Below, in pieces: positions 44,382-53,085 of a stretch of 64,000 nt of DNA. The position numbers and the translations under genes were made by a program. Under the pieces are notes generated by a model. The model was not told the origin of the DNA. It saw nothing but the letters and a program-made list of their open reading frames with translations, and searched no databases. The DNA is from an uncultured Eubacteriales bacterium (lineage in GTDB: Bacteria > Bacillota > Clostridia > Christensenellales > Aristaeellaceae): assembly GCA_902761825.1 (NCBI GenBank), contig CACWLY010000002.1, positions 22,912 to 86,911 of the forward strand, read 5' to 3'. Each line of letters starts with the position of its first letter. Within the stretch, counting starts at the first letter, position 1.

Positions 44382-45248
44382 ATGATCTGTACGCTGTGTC
44401 CGCGCCTGTGCCAAGCGGAAAGAAACGAGGAAAGCGGCAGCGGGTTTTGCCGAATGGGCACGCGGGCCGTTGTCGCCCGCGTTGCTCCCCATCTGTGGGA
44501 GGAGCCGTGCATCAGCGGCACGCGCGGCAGCGGCACGGTGTTTTTCAGCGGCTGTTCGCTGGGATGCGCCTATTGCCAGAACCATTCTATCAGCCATGAA
44601 CGGCTGGGCAGACGGGTCAGCGACAGCGAACTGGCGGAGCTGATCCGCGGGATCGTGGAAAAGGGCGTTCATAACGTCTCTTTCGTGACCGGGACGCATT
44701 TTGTTCCGGCGATCCTGAGGGCGCTTGCAATCTATCGGCCGCCTGTTCCGGTGGTATGGAACACCGGCGGATACGAAACGCCTGAAACGCTGCGTATGCT
44801 GGAAGGACATGTGCAGATTTATCTTCCCGATTGTAAGCATGTGTCGCCGCGCCTCGGAAAGGTGCTGTGCGGCGCGCCGGACTATTTTGAATACGCCGCT
44901 CCCGCCATACTGGAAATGATCCGCCAGACCGGAACGCCGCAGTATGATGCAGACGGCGTGATGCTGCGCGGCACCGTGATCCGCCATCTCGTTCTTCCCG
45001 GCTGTACGGGAGACAGCATGAAGGTGCTTGACTGGATCGCCGCGCAAACGCCCCCGGGCACGCCCGTCAGCATCATGCGCCAGTATACGCCGATGCCGGC
45101 CTGCGCGATCAGGGGAATGGACCGCCGGATCACCGACGCCGAATACGAACGAGTCGTCCGTCATGCCGCCGATCTGGGGCTGAACGCGCTGATCCAGGAG
45201 AAGGAAGCCGCGCAGGAAAGCTATATCCCCGATTTCAACATGCGGTAG
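44382..45248 (+). CDS. Radical SAM protein (PflX-type putative activase)
   Basis: CSLGCAYC cluster motif preceded by an N-terminal Cys-rich segment CTLCPRLC. Confidence 0.8.
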   Translation: MICTLCPRLCQAERNEESGSGFCRMGTRAVVARVAPHLWEEPCISGTRGSGTVFFSGCSLGCAYCQNHSISHERLGRRVSDSELAELIRGIVEKGVHNVSFVTGTHFVPAILRALAIYRPPVPVVWNTGGYETPETLRMLEGHVQIYLPDCKHVSPRLGKVLCGAPDYFEYAAPAILEMIRQTGTPQYDADGVMLRGTVIRHLVLPGCTGDSMKVLDWIAAQTPPGTPVSIMRQYTPMPACAIRGMDRRITDAEYERVVRHAADLGLNALIQEKEAAQESYIPDFNMR

Positions 45249-45350
45249 CGGGCGACGGGAAAAGTGTGATAAAAAAACAAAATCCGCCTTGGAGACAGGG
45301 CGGATTTATGGTATAATAATGCGTATTATGTTCGTGGGAGGGACGCAGAT

Positions 45351-46832
45351 TTGAAAATCGGCTTTGATCATGATCGATATACCCAAATGCAGTCCGAGCA
45401 TATCCGGGAAAGGATCGGCAGCTTTGGCGGAAAGCTGTATCTGGAGCTGGGCGGAAAGCTGTTTGACGATAATCATGCATCCCGCGTGCTGCCCGGTTTC
45501 CGGCCCGACAGCAAAATTTCCATGCTGCTGGAACTGCGCGAGCAGTCCGAGCTTGTGATCGCCATCAATGCCGACGATATCGAAAAAAACAAGGTCCGCG
45601 GCGATCTGGGCATTACGTACGACGCCGACGTGCTGCGGCTGATCGACGCTTTCCGCGGGGTCGGCATGTATGTGGGCAGCGTCGTGCTGACGCAGTTCAA
45701 AGGCCAGGCGCAGGCGGAAACCTTCCAGAAGCGCCTTGAATCGCTCGACGTGCGGGTTTACCGCCATTATCCCATCCCCGGATACCCGGCCAATATCGAT
45801 CTGATCGTGAGCGACGACGGCTACGGCCGAAACGAATATGTGGAGACGTCCAGGCCGCTCGTGCTCGTTACCGCGCCCGGCCCCGGAAGCGGCAAGATGG
45901 CGGTCTGCTTATCCCAGCTGTATCATGAAAACAAGCATGGCGTCAAGGCGGGCTACGCCAAGTTTGAAACCTTCCCCATATGGAACCTTCCGCTGATGCA
46001 TCCGGTCAACGTCGCGTATGAAGCGGCTACGGCCGATCTGAACGACGTAAACATGATCGATCCTTTCCATCTGGATTTTTACGGAAAGAGCGCGGTCAAT
46101 TACAATCGCGATATAGAAGTTTTCCCGGTTCTCCAGGCAATCTTCGAGCGGATCGGCGGCGAATCCCCGTATCATTCCCCCACCGATATGGGCGTCAACA
46201 TGGTGGGCAACTGCATCGTGGACGACGAAGTATGCAGGGAGGCCGCGAAACAGGAGATCATCCGCAGGCTGTATAAGGCCCGGTGCGACGACCGCCAGGG
46301 ACACGGAAACGAAACAGAGCTCAACAAGCTGGAAATGCTGATGCGAAGGCTCGGCCTGTCGGATGAAAACAGGCCCGTGATCGCCGCAGCCCGCAAACGC
46401 GCCGAGGAGACCGACGCGCCGGCCGCCGCCATACAGCTGGACGACGGACGGATCATAACGGGCAAAACCTCTTCACTGCTCGGCCCGTCCGCGGCGATGC
46501 TGCTCAACGCGGTCAAGGAGCTGGCAGAGATCAAGGATGAGATCATGCTGCTGCCCCCGGCGGTGATCGAGCCCGTTCAGGAACTGAAGTGCAAATACCT
46601 GGGCAACCACAATCCCCGCCTGCATACCGACGAAGTGCTTGTGGCGCTTTCGGTGTCCGCGGCCACCAATCCCGTCGCGTCCCTTGCGCTGCAGCAGCTG
46701 CCGCATTTGAAGGGGCTCGAGGCGCACACCACGGTGATTCTTTCCTCCGTCGATCTCAATATGTTCCGCCGCCTGGGCATCAACGTGACCAGCGATCCCA
46801 AATACCAGACGAGGAGGCTGTATCATAAATGA
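45351..46832 (+). CDS. UPF0371/DUF1846 family protein
   Basis: TTG start 7 nt after GGGAGGGA. N-terminus MKIGFDHDRYTQMQSEHIRERI...LYLELGGKLFDD.HASRVLPGF is typical of the family. Confidence 0.8.
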   Translation: MKIGFDHDRYTQMQSEHIRERIGSFGGKLYLELGGKLFDDNHASRVLPGFRPDSKISMLLELREQSELVIAINADDIEKNKVRGDLGITYDADVLRLIDAFRGVGMYVGSVVLTQFKGQAQAETFQKRLESLDVRVYRHYPIPGYPANIDLIVSDDGYGRNEYVETSRPLVLVTAPGPGSGKMAVCLSQLYHENKHGVKAGYAKFETFPIWNLPLMHPVNVAYEAATADLNDVNMIDPFHLDFYGKSAVNYNRDIEVFPVLQAIFERIGGESPYHSPTDMGVNMVGNCIVDDEVCREAAKQEIIRRLYKARCDDRQGHGNETELNKLEMLMRRLGLSDENRPVIAAARKRAEETDAPAAAIQLDDGRIITGKTSSLLGPSAAMLLNAVKELAEIKDEIMLLPPAVIEPVQELKCKYLGNHNPRLHTDEVLVALSVSAATNPVASLALQQLPHLKGLEAHTTVILSSVDLNMFRRLGINVTSDPKYQTRRLYHK

Positions 46833-47296
46833 ACGATCATGCGGTCAGAGAGATACGGGATCCCGACGAAAAGCAGGCGATCGTCCGGATGATTCTGGAA
46901 GCGCTTCCGGACTGGTTCGCTGTGGAAGAATCCAGGGAACAGTATATCCGGGCAAGCCGCGGCCTGCGACTGTTCGCCGCTTTTGAAGGGAAAGAGCCGA
47001 TCGGCTTTCTGTGTCTCAAAAAGACAGGAAACGCGACGGTTGAGCTTGCGGTCATGGGCGTGCTGAAGGAGTATCACCGCAAGGGCATCGGAAGAGCGCT
47101 TTTCGACGCGGCTAAACAGGCGGCCCAGCAAACGGGATATGAATTCATGCAGGTGAAAACGGTCAAAATGGGCCTGTATCCGGATTACGACGATACGAAC
47201 CGCTTTTACATCAGCCTGGGGTTCAAAGAATTGGAAGTCTTTCCCGAATTATGGGATGAAAACAATCCCTGCCAGATCTATATCATGGCGTTATAA
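46829..47296 (+). CDS. GNAT family N-acetyltransferase
   Basis: ATGA overlap with the upstream gene. Acetyl-CoA motif YHRKGIGRALF. Confidence 0.8.
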   Translation: MNDHAVREIRDPDEKQAIVRMILEALPDWFAVEESREQYIRASRGLRLFAAFEGKEPIGFLCLKKTGNATVELAVMGVLKEYHRKGIGRALFDAAKQAAQQTGYEFMQVKTVKMGLYPDYDDTNRFYISLGFKELEVFPELWDENNPCQIYIMAL

Positions 47297-48174
47297 AGCT
47301 GCTGCCCTGACAGCAGCTCTTTTATTGCGGCGGAAGGGGAAGCGAGGATCGCGTCGTACAGCTGATGTTCATATACCGTTCCCGTTATATTTTCTCCGTC
47401 CTCGTCCATCACCGCGATCATGTGATAGGCGTTGGGCTGAAGCTGCGGCAGGAGCCTGAACAGCGTCATATCGCCGGAAACGCACAGGTACTGAACCGGC
47501 ACAGCGGTGTCATGCACAAGCCTGTATCTGCGCGCGTAGAACGCCGAAAGATACCGGGCGACGCTGTGCTTTTCCTCCAGGGAAGCGGCATACAGCAAAT
47601 AGCAGCCCAGAATGGCCCATAACGGCCTGAAATGCCCGCGGATCGCCGAGATGAGACTATATACGAGAAGCGAAGCGGCCAGAATGCGGCCAAAGCCCAG
47701 CAGAAGCCGGAACGCTTTGCGGCGGTCGCACCCGGCGGAAAGGACGGAAAGCAGCATGCGTCCGCCGTCCAGCGGCAGCGCGGGAAGCAGATTGACGGCG
47801 GCCATGGAGAGGTTTGCGAGCGCGAACCAGCCCATAAATACCGAATAAGCCGTTTTTACCAGGATCAGGCCGCTGAAAAGCAGGCAGAACAGGTTCACGA
47901 GGATTCCCGCCGCCGCGAGCCCGACGCCCCGGCGGCCGTTCACGCCTTCGCTCAGATCGATCCGCATGACGCCGCCGAAGGGCGTCAGCTCTATTTCGGA
48001 TACGGGAAGCGCCAACCTGCCTGCCGCGTACCAGTGGCCCAGCTCATGCAGTAGCAGCGACAGGCTGTACCCGCAGATCATGACGCCCTGTCCGGACAGG
48101 ATATACAGCAGGAGGATCAGCGGCAGCGACGGGTGAACGCGCAGCGTCGTACCGTAAAACGTGCCGATTTTCAT
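47278..48174 (-). CDS. spoIVFB: M50 site-2 protease, SpoIVFB-like
   Basis: HELGH and NLLPALPLDGG motifs, with a CBS-like C-terminus. Overlaps the upstream M23-like gene by 4 bp. Confidence 0.8.
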   Translation of the reverse strand: MKIGTFYGTTLRVHPSLPLILLLYILSGQGVMICGYSLSLLLHELGHWYAAGRLALPVSEIELTPFGGVMRIDLSEGVNGRRGVGLAAAGILVNLFCLLFSGLILVKTAYSVFMGWFALANLSMAAVNLLPALPLDGGRMLLSVLSAGCDRRKAFRLLLGFGRILAASLLVYSLISAIRGHFRPLWAILGCYLLYAASLEEKHSVARYLSAFYARRYRLVHDTAVPVQYLCVSGDMTLFRLLPQLQPNAYHMIAVMDEDGENITGTVYEHQLYDAILASPSAAIKELLSGQQLYNAMI

Positions 48175-48797
48175 TGCGCAGCCTTCCGTTCCTGCAGAAG
48201 GGGCGTGCAGTCGATGGGTTTGCCGTATTTTTGCACCTCGAATGCAAAGGAATCGCCCGATTGGCCCAATACGGTGTCGGAATCCACCGTATCGCCTTCG
48301 CTGACAAAACAGCTTTGCAGGCCGTAATACACGCTGCTCAGGCCGTCGGCGTGCGTGAGCCGGACGATTGAATGGTCGCTGTCGTCGTGGATGATCTGGG
48401 TCACCTCGCCCGGCGCTGCAGCGTGGACGCTGCCGGCGTTATGATACAGAAGATAAGGCTCGCTCTCGGACCAGGGCGCGGCGGCGGCCGCCGACACGGG
48501 CACGGTCAGCGCAAGGCTTCCGGAGCGGTCGGACCTGAAAACCTGCAGGCTGTCCGCCAAAGTGCTGTTTACATAGGTCAGCTTGCCTACGTTCTGATCC
48601 CATTCGCTTTCAATGACGTTTTGCGCGGCCGTCAGGATGCTTTTTCCGCCTGGGCCGCTGCTTCGAAAGCCTGCGACGGCGAGCAGCACGAGTGTGGCGA
48701 CGGCGATATTCCGCGTGAGCTTATCACCGATCCCTTTCGCTTTTTTTGCGCATGCGTCAAAGTCCGGCGCGGCGGGCGCGTCGGAACGCTTTTTCAT
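48171..48797 (-). CDS. Degenerate M23/LytM-domain membrane protein, SpoIVFA-like
   Basis: One TM segment plus a C-terminal LytM-like domain lacking a clear HxH motif. Translationally coupled to spoIVFB. Start uncertain (48797 or 48836). Confidence 0.7.
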   Translation of the reverse strand: MKKRSDAPAAPDFDACAKKAKGIGDKLTRNIAVATLVLLAVAGFRSSGPGGKSILTAAQNVIESEWDQNVGKLTYVNSTLADSLQVFRSDRSGSLALTVPVSAAAAAPWSESEPYLLYHNAGSVHAAAPGEVTQIIHDDSDHSIVRLTHADGLSSVYYGLQSCFVSEGDTVDSDTVLGQSGDSFAFEVQKYGKPIDCTPLLQERKAAQ

Positions 48798-48869
48798 ATT
48801 GCTTGACAAAAAAATCACCCCCGTCGGCAAAAGCATATGCCGGAACGGGGGTTCTTTATGAGCAAATGA

Positions 48870-50108
48870 TTACAGGCAGCCGTCCCGAATCAGCGATTCA
48901 AGCACGGATTGCAGGGCGAGGCGGCCGTGCTCGTAGGTAAGCCCGCCCTGCCAGTACGCGGCGTAAGGCGGACGCATGGGAGCGTCGGCGGAAAGCTCGA
49001 TGGACGCGCCGCTGACAAAGGTGCCGGCCGCCATGATGACCGGATCCTCGTAGCCGGGCATATCCCAGGCTTCCGGCGTGACGAAGCTGTCTACGGGAGA
49101 CGCGGCCTGCACGCCGCGGCAGAGGGCGGTAAGCCTCTCCGGCGTGCCCATCTCGATGGCCTGAATGATATCGGCGCGGGGCGCGTCGTACGCCGGGGAT
49201 GTTTTCATGCCGAGCTTTTCAAATATCCGGGCGGCCAGCACGGCGGTCTTCAGCGCCTGGGCAACGGTATGCGGGGCCATAAACAATCCCTGATAATACG
49301 GCTGATAGGAAGCGGCGTAGCTGCCCACCTCGCGGCCGATCCCCGGCGCGGTCAGGCGCGCCGCGATGCGCTCGATCACCCGGGCGGTTCCCACGATATA
49401 GCCGCCTGTCGGCGCAAGGCCGCCGCCGATGTTTTTGATCATACTGCCCACGGCGACGTCCGCGCCGACGTGCGTGGGTTCCTCGTCGCATACAAACGCA
49501 CCGTAGCAGTTGTCCACCATGACCGTGATATCGGGCCGCAGCGCGTGCACCCGCTCGATCAGCGGTTTCATCTGCATCGGAGAAATGGCATCGCGCCAGG
49601 CGTATCCCCGGCTGCGCTGAAGGGAAACGACGCGGGTTTCTGGCCTGATCGCGGCCAGCACGGCGTTCAGGTCGATGCCGCCGTCCTCCCGGAGCGGAAC
49701 CGCGTCGAATGCGACGCCCATTTCGGACAGCGATCCGACGGGCTTTCCGTCCTTTCCGATCACGCTTTCCAGCGTATCATACGGCATGCCGGTTGCGGCC
49801 AACAGATGATCCCCGGGCAGCAGAAGGCCGAACAGGGCGAGGGAGAGGGCGTGGGTCCCGCTGGCGATCTGCGGGCGGACGATGGCGGCGTCCGTTCCGA
49901 AAAGCTGGGCGAAAATGCTTTCCAGCGTATCGCGGCCTATGTCGTCATAGCCGTAGCCCGTGGTGGGGCTGAAATGACGGGTGGCGACCTGGTGGTCGGA
50001 AAACGCCTTGAGCACGCGCCGCGTGCCTTCCAGCGAGCGCTTGTCGAAATTGGAAAACTGTACGGCGCAATCCTGCTCGCAGGATGAAATCAGCGATTGA
50101 ATGTCCAT
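48870..50108 (-). CDS. PLP-dependent methionine gamma-lyase family protein (YnbB / aluminium-resistance type)
   Basis: N-terminal pattern ...FSPTTGYGYDDIGRD.LE..FA..FG. and a length of 412 aa. Confidence 0.8.
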   Translation of the reverse strand: MDIQSLISSCEQDCAVQFSNFDKRSLEGTRRVLKAFSDHQVATRHFSPTTGYGYDDIGRDTLESIFAQLFGTDAAIVRPQIASGTHALSLALFGLLLPGDHLLAATGMPYDTLESVIGKDGKPVGSLSEMGVAFDAVPLREDGGIDLNAVLAAIRPETRVVSLQRSRGYAWRDAISPMQMKPLIERVHALRPDITVMVDNCYGAFVCDEEPTHVGADVAVGSMIKNIGGGLAPTGGYIVGTARVIERIAARLTAPGIGREVGSYAASYQPYYQGLFMAPHTVAQALKTAVLAARIFEKLGMKTSPAYDAPRADIIQAIEMGTPERLTALCRGVQAASPVDSFVTPEAWDMPGYEDPVIMAAGTFVSGASIELSADAPMRPPYAAYWQGGLTYEHGRLALQSVLESLIRDGCL

Positions 50109-51052
50109 GATGCGGGATCCTCCCAGTTTTTTATGATCGTATTGTGAGCCGAACGCAGCTGATCGCTTGGGATCCAGCGGATCCGCTGATCCCGGCGGAA
50201 CCAGATCAGCTGTCTGCGGGCATAATTTCTCGTTCCGGTTTTGATCTGCTCCGCGGCGTCCTTCAGTACACCGCGTCCCTGCGCGACGGGGATCAGTTCC
50301 TTGTATCCCAGGCCCTGCATGCTCTGCATATCGGGCGTCACGCCGCTTTGAAGAAGCGAATCTACTTCGTCCAGCAGCCCCTCGCGCAGCATCTGATCCA
50401 CCCGAAGGTTGATCCGGCTGTGCATCTCCGCCCGGGGCCAGTCGATGGAATACAGCTGAAAATCATAAGGGCTGTCGGCATCCTGGGGAGCGCGGTGCTG
50501 CGACATGGGAACGCCGGTCAGCCGGTAGATCTCGAGCGCGCGCAGCACCCGGCGCGTGTCGTTCGGATGCAGGCGGGCGGCGGTTTCGGCGTCTGCGCTT
50601 TGCAGGCGGCGGTGCATTTCCTGCGCGCCCATTTGGTCCAATTGCTCCTGCAGCTCGGCGCGCACGGAAGGGTCGCTGGGCAGGCCGCCGTAGTCCATCG
50701 GCAGGGTCAGACCCCGCAGATACAGCCCGGTCCCGCCGACCAGCATCGGAATATGTCCGCGCCGCACGACGGCGTCGATCACGGCGCGCGCGGCATTTAC
50801 GTACTCAGCCACGGAATAGCTGTCGGTGGGTTCCACGATGTCGAGCAGATGATGGGGGACGGCGGCCTGCTCCTCCGCGGTAGGCTTGGCGGTGCCGATG
50901 TCCATCCGCCGGTAAATCTGCATGGAATCCATGCAAAGAATTTCGCACCCGAGCGTCCGCGCCACAGGAAGCGAAAGCGAGGTCTTTCCGGATGCGGTCG
51001 CGCCGACGATGCCCAGTATGCGGGGCTTTGGCTGATTGTTTGTTTTCTGCAT
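50090..51052 (-). CDS. miaA: tRNA dimethylallyltransferase
   Basis: P-loop GATASGKTS and MDIGTAKP. Start uncertain (51052 preferred, 51085 possible). Confidence 0.9.
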   Translation of the reverse strand: MQKTNNQPKPRILGIVGATASGKTSLSLPVARTLGCEILCMDSMQIYRRMDIGTAKPTAEEQAAVPHHLLDIVEPTDSYSVAEYVNAARAVIDAVVRRGHIPMLVGGTGLYLRGLTLPMDYGGLPSDPSVRAELQEQLDQMGAQEMHRRLQSADAETAARLHPNDTRRVLRALEIYRLTGVPMSQHRAPQDADSPYDFQLYSIDWPRAEMHSRINLRVDQMLREGLLDEVDSLLQSGVTPDMQSMQGLGYKELIPVAQGRGVLKDAAEQIKTGTRNYARRQLIWFRRDQRIRWIPSDQLRSAHNTIIKNWEDPASWTFNR

Positions 51053-51053
51053 A

Positions 51054-53072
51054 TCAGTTCTGAATCCGATGGAAGCGCTTTTCAAGCTCGCGCTGAGTCA
51101 CTTCGATCACCAGCGGCCTGCCGTGGGGACAGGTGGGCGTCACGTTTTCCCGCACCATGCGGCGCACAAGCTCCATCAGCGCTTCCATGGGAGCGCGTTC
51201 TCCGCCTTTGACGGCGTGCTTGCAGGACATCTGAATGATCCGGTCGACGCGCTTCTGATCGGAGATCCTGCCGTTTTCCGAAAGGTCGTCCAGCGCGTCC
51301 CGGAAACAGTCGGCGCTGCGCGCCTGCCCCAGCATCATGGGAACGGAGCGAAGCTGTACGGTCAGATCGCCGAAATCGTCGGCGTCGAAGCCCGCTTTCA
51401 GCAGCGCGTCCCGCGATTGAATGAATACCTCGTATTCCCTGTGCGTCAGACGGATGATCTCGGGAGCAAGCAGCAGCTGGGTTGCCGCGCTGCCGTTCAG
51501 CTCCCGCATGTAACGCTCGTAGAGCAGCCGTTCGTGAACGGCGTGCTGATCGCACAGAAGCAGCCGATCCGCGCATTCCAGCAGGATATAGGTGTTGAAT
51601 ACGACGCCGATCAAACGGACTGGGAGGGAATCCAGCTGTTCCTCGATCACAGGGGAAGCAATCTGCGCGACAGTCGGTTCGGCCGGAACGCTTGCCGCGG
51701 GGGGCGCGATTCCCTGCGCGCGGTTCTCCAGCTTTTCCGTGAGCTTGGTATCGCGCGGGACCGGCTTTTCCGCGGGCGCGTCGTATGTGTTGGATGAAAA
51801 ACCGTTCTGGGACACGGCGGGAGAAAGCTGCCGATCGCCGGAAGAACGCGCGGTGAGCGACGCGGCGGGAGAGGGCTGCGGATCAAACTTTGCTTCCGGA
51901 ATTGCAGACTTTTGTACGGTGTCGCTGAAATTTGTTTGGATCTGCGCTGTTTCCGGCCCGGGCTGGGCGCTTTGCCGTTCCGATTTCGCCGCGTATTGCT
52001 CCGGAGAAAACTGCTTAACGGAAACGGGCGAAACGGTCTCTTCATCGGTAAACAGCGACGGCGCGCTTCCCAGCGGGCGGTCCTGGCGCAGCACGTCTTC
52101 GATCAGCGTCTGTACGGCTTCGCGGACTGCTTTTTCGTCCGCGAACCGCACTTCCCATTTGTTGGGATGCACGTTGACGTCCGCGGCCTCGAAGGGCATT
52201 GTCAGGTGCAGCACGCAGATCGGGAACTTGCCGATCATCACGCGCTGACGGCAGGCCTCTTCCAGCGCGTCGGTCAGAAGATTGCTTTTGATCAGGCGTC
52301 CGTTCAGAATGAAGGACTGATGCGTGCGGTTGCCGCGCGCAAGATCGCCCACGCCCACATAGCCGTCCAGCAGAACGCCGTTCATGTTGCCGCTGATCCG
52401 GTGCAGCTTTTCGAGCACGGACAGGCCGTAAATACTCATGACGGCGCTTTCTGGCTTGCCGTCGCCGGCGCTGAAATAAACGGTTTTGCCGTCGGCAAGA
52501 TAGCGGAAGGAGATCTGCGGATGGGACAGGATGAAGCGCATCATCAGATCGGAAATATAGCCGGTTTCGGTGGAGGGCTTTTTCAGGAACCTGCGGCGGA
52601 CAGGGGCGTTGTAAAACAGGTCCTTCACCGTAAAGCTGGTGCCCTCGGGGCAGGCGGCTTCTTTTATTTCGCCCATTTCCCCGCCGTTGTTCTGTACGGA
52701 CACGCCGTATTCCGCGCCCCGCATCCGGGTGGTGCAGTTTACCTTGCCCACTGCGGCGATGGAGGCCAGCGCTTCGCCGCGAAAGCCCAGCGTCTGCACG
52801 CCGTAGAGATCCTTCGCTTCCGTGATCTTGCTGGTCGCGTGGCGGGCGAAAGCCAGGCGGATATCGCTGGGCTGGATGCCCGAACCGTTATCCACTACGC
52901 GGAAGGATGTCAGCCCGCCGTCCCGTATTTCCACGGTGATCGCGGTAGCGCCCGCGTCCATGCTGTTTTCCACCAGTTCCTTGATGGCGGCCGCAGGGCG
53001 TTCCACTACTTCGCCCGCCGCGATCTGGCCAATCACGTCGGCGGAAAGCTGCCGGATATGAGAAATCTGCAT
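51054..53072 (-). CDS. mutL: DNA mismatch repair protein MutL
   Basis: GHKL ATPase N-terminus (IAAGEVVERPA..VKELVENS.DAGA). Confidence 0.93.
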   Translation of the reverse strand: MQISHIRQLSADVIGQIAAGEVVERPAAAIKELVENSMDAGATAITVEIRDGGLTSFRVVDNGSGIQPSDIRLAFARHATSKITEAKDLYGVQTLGFRGEALASIAAVGKVNCTTRMRGAEYGVSVQNNGGEMGEIKEAACPEGTSFTVKDLFYNAPVRRRFLKKPSTETGYISDLMMRFILSHPQISFRYLADGKTVYFSAGDGKPESAVMSIYGLSVLEKLHRISGNMNGVLLDGYVGVGDLARGNRTHQSFILNGRLIKSNLLTDALEEACRQRVMIGKFPICVLHLTMPFEAADVNVHPNKWEVRFADEKAVREAVQTLIEDVLRQDRPLGSAPSLFTDEETVSPVSVKQFSPEQYAAKSERQSAQPGPETAQIQTNFSDTVQKSAIPEAKFDPQPSPAASLTARSSGDRQLSPAVSQNGFSSNTYDAPAEKPVPRDTKLTEKLENRAQGIAPPAASVPAEPTVAQIASPVIEEQLDSLPVRLIGVVFNTYILLECADRLLLCDQHAVHERLLYERYMRELNGSAATQLLLAPEIIRLTHREYEVFIQSRDALLKAGFDADDFGDLTVQLRSVPMMLGQARSADCFRDALDDLSENGRISDQKRVDRIIQMSCKHAVKGGERAPMEALMELVRRMVRENVTPTCPHGRPLVIEVTQRELEKRFHRIQN

Positions 53073-53085
53073 ACAGCCTCCTTTT

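Noticed and set aside
47278-47296. A 19-bp overlap of the 3' ends of the convergent GNAT and spoIVFB genes as a regulatory feature.
   Set aside because: Short convergent overlaps are common in compact genomes, and no hairpin or conserved motif is visible in the overlap.
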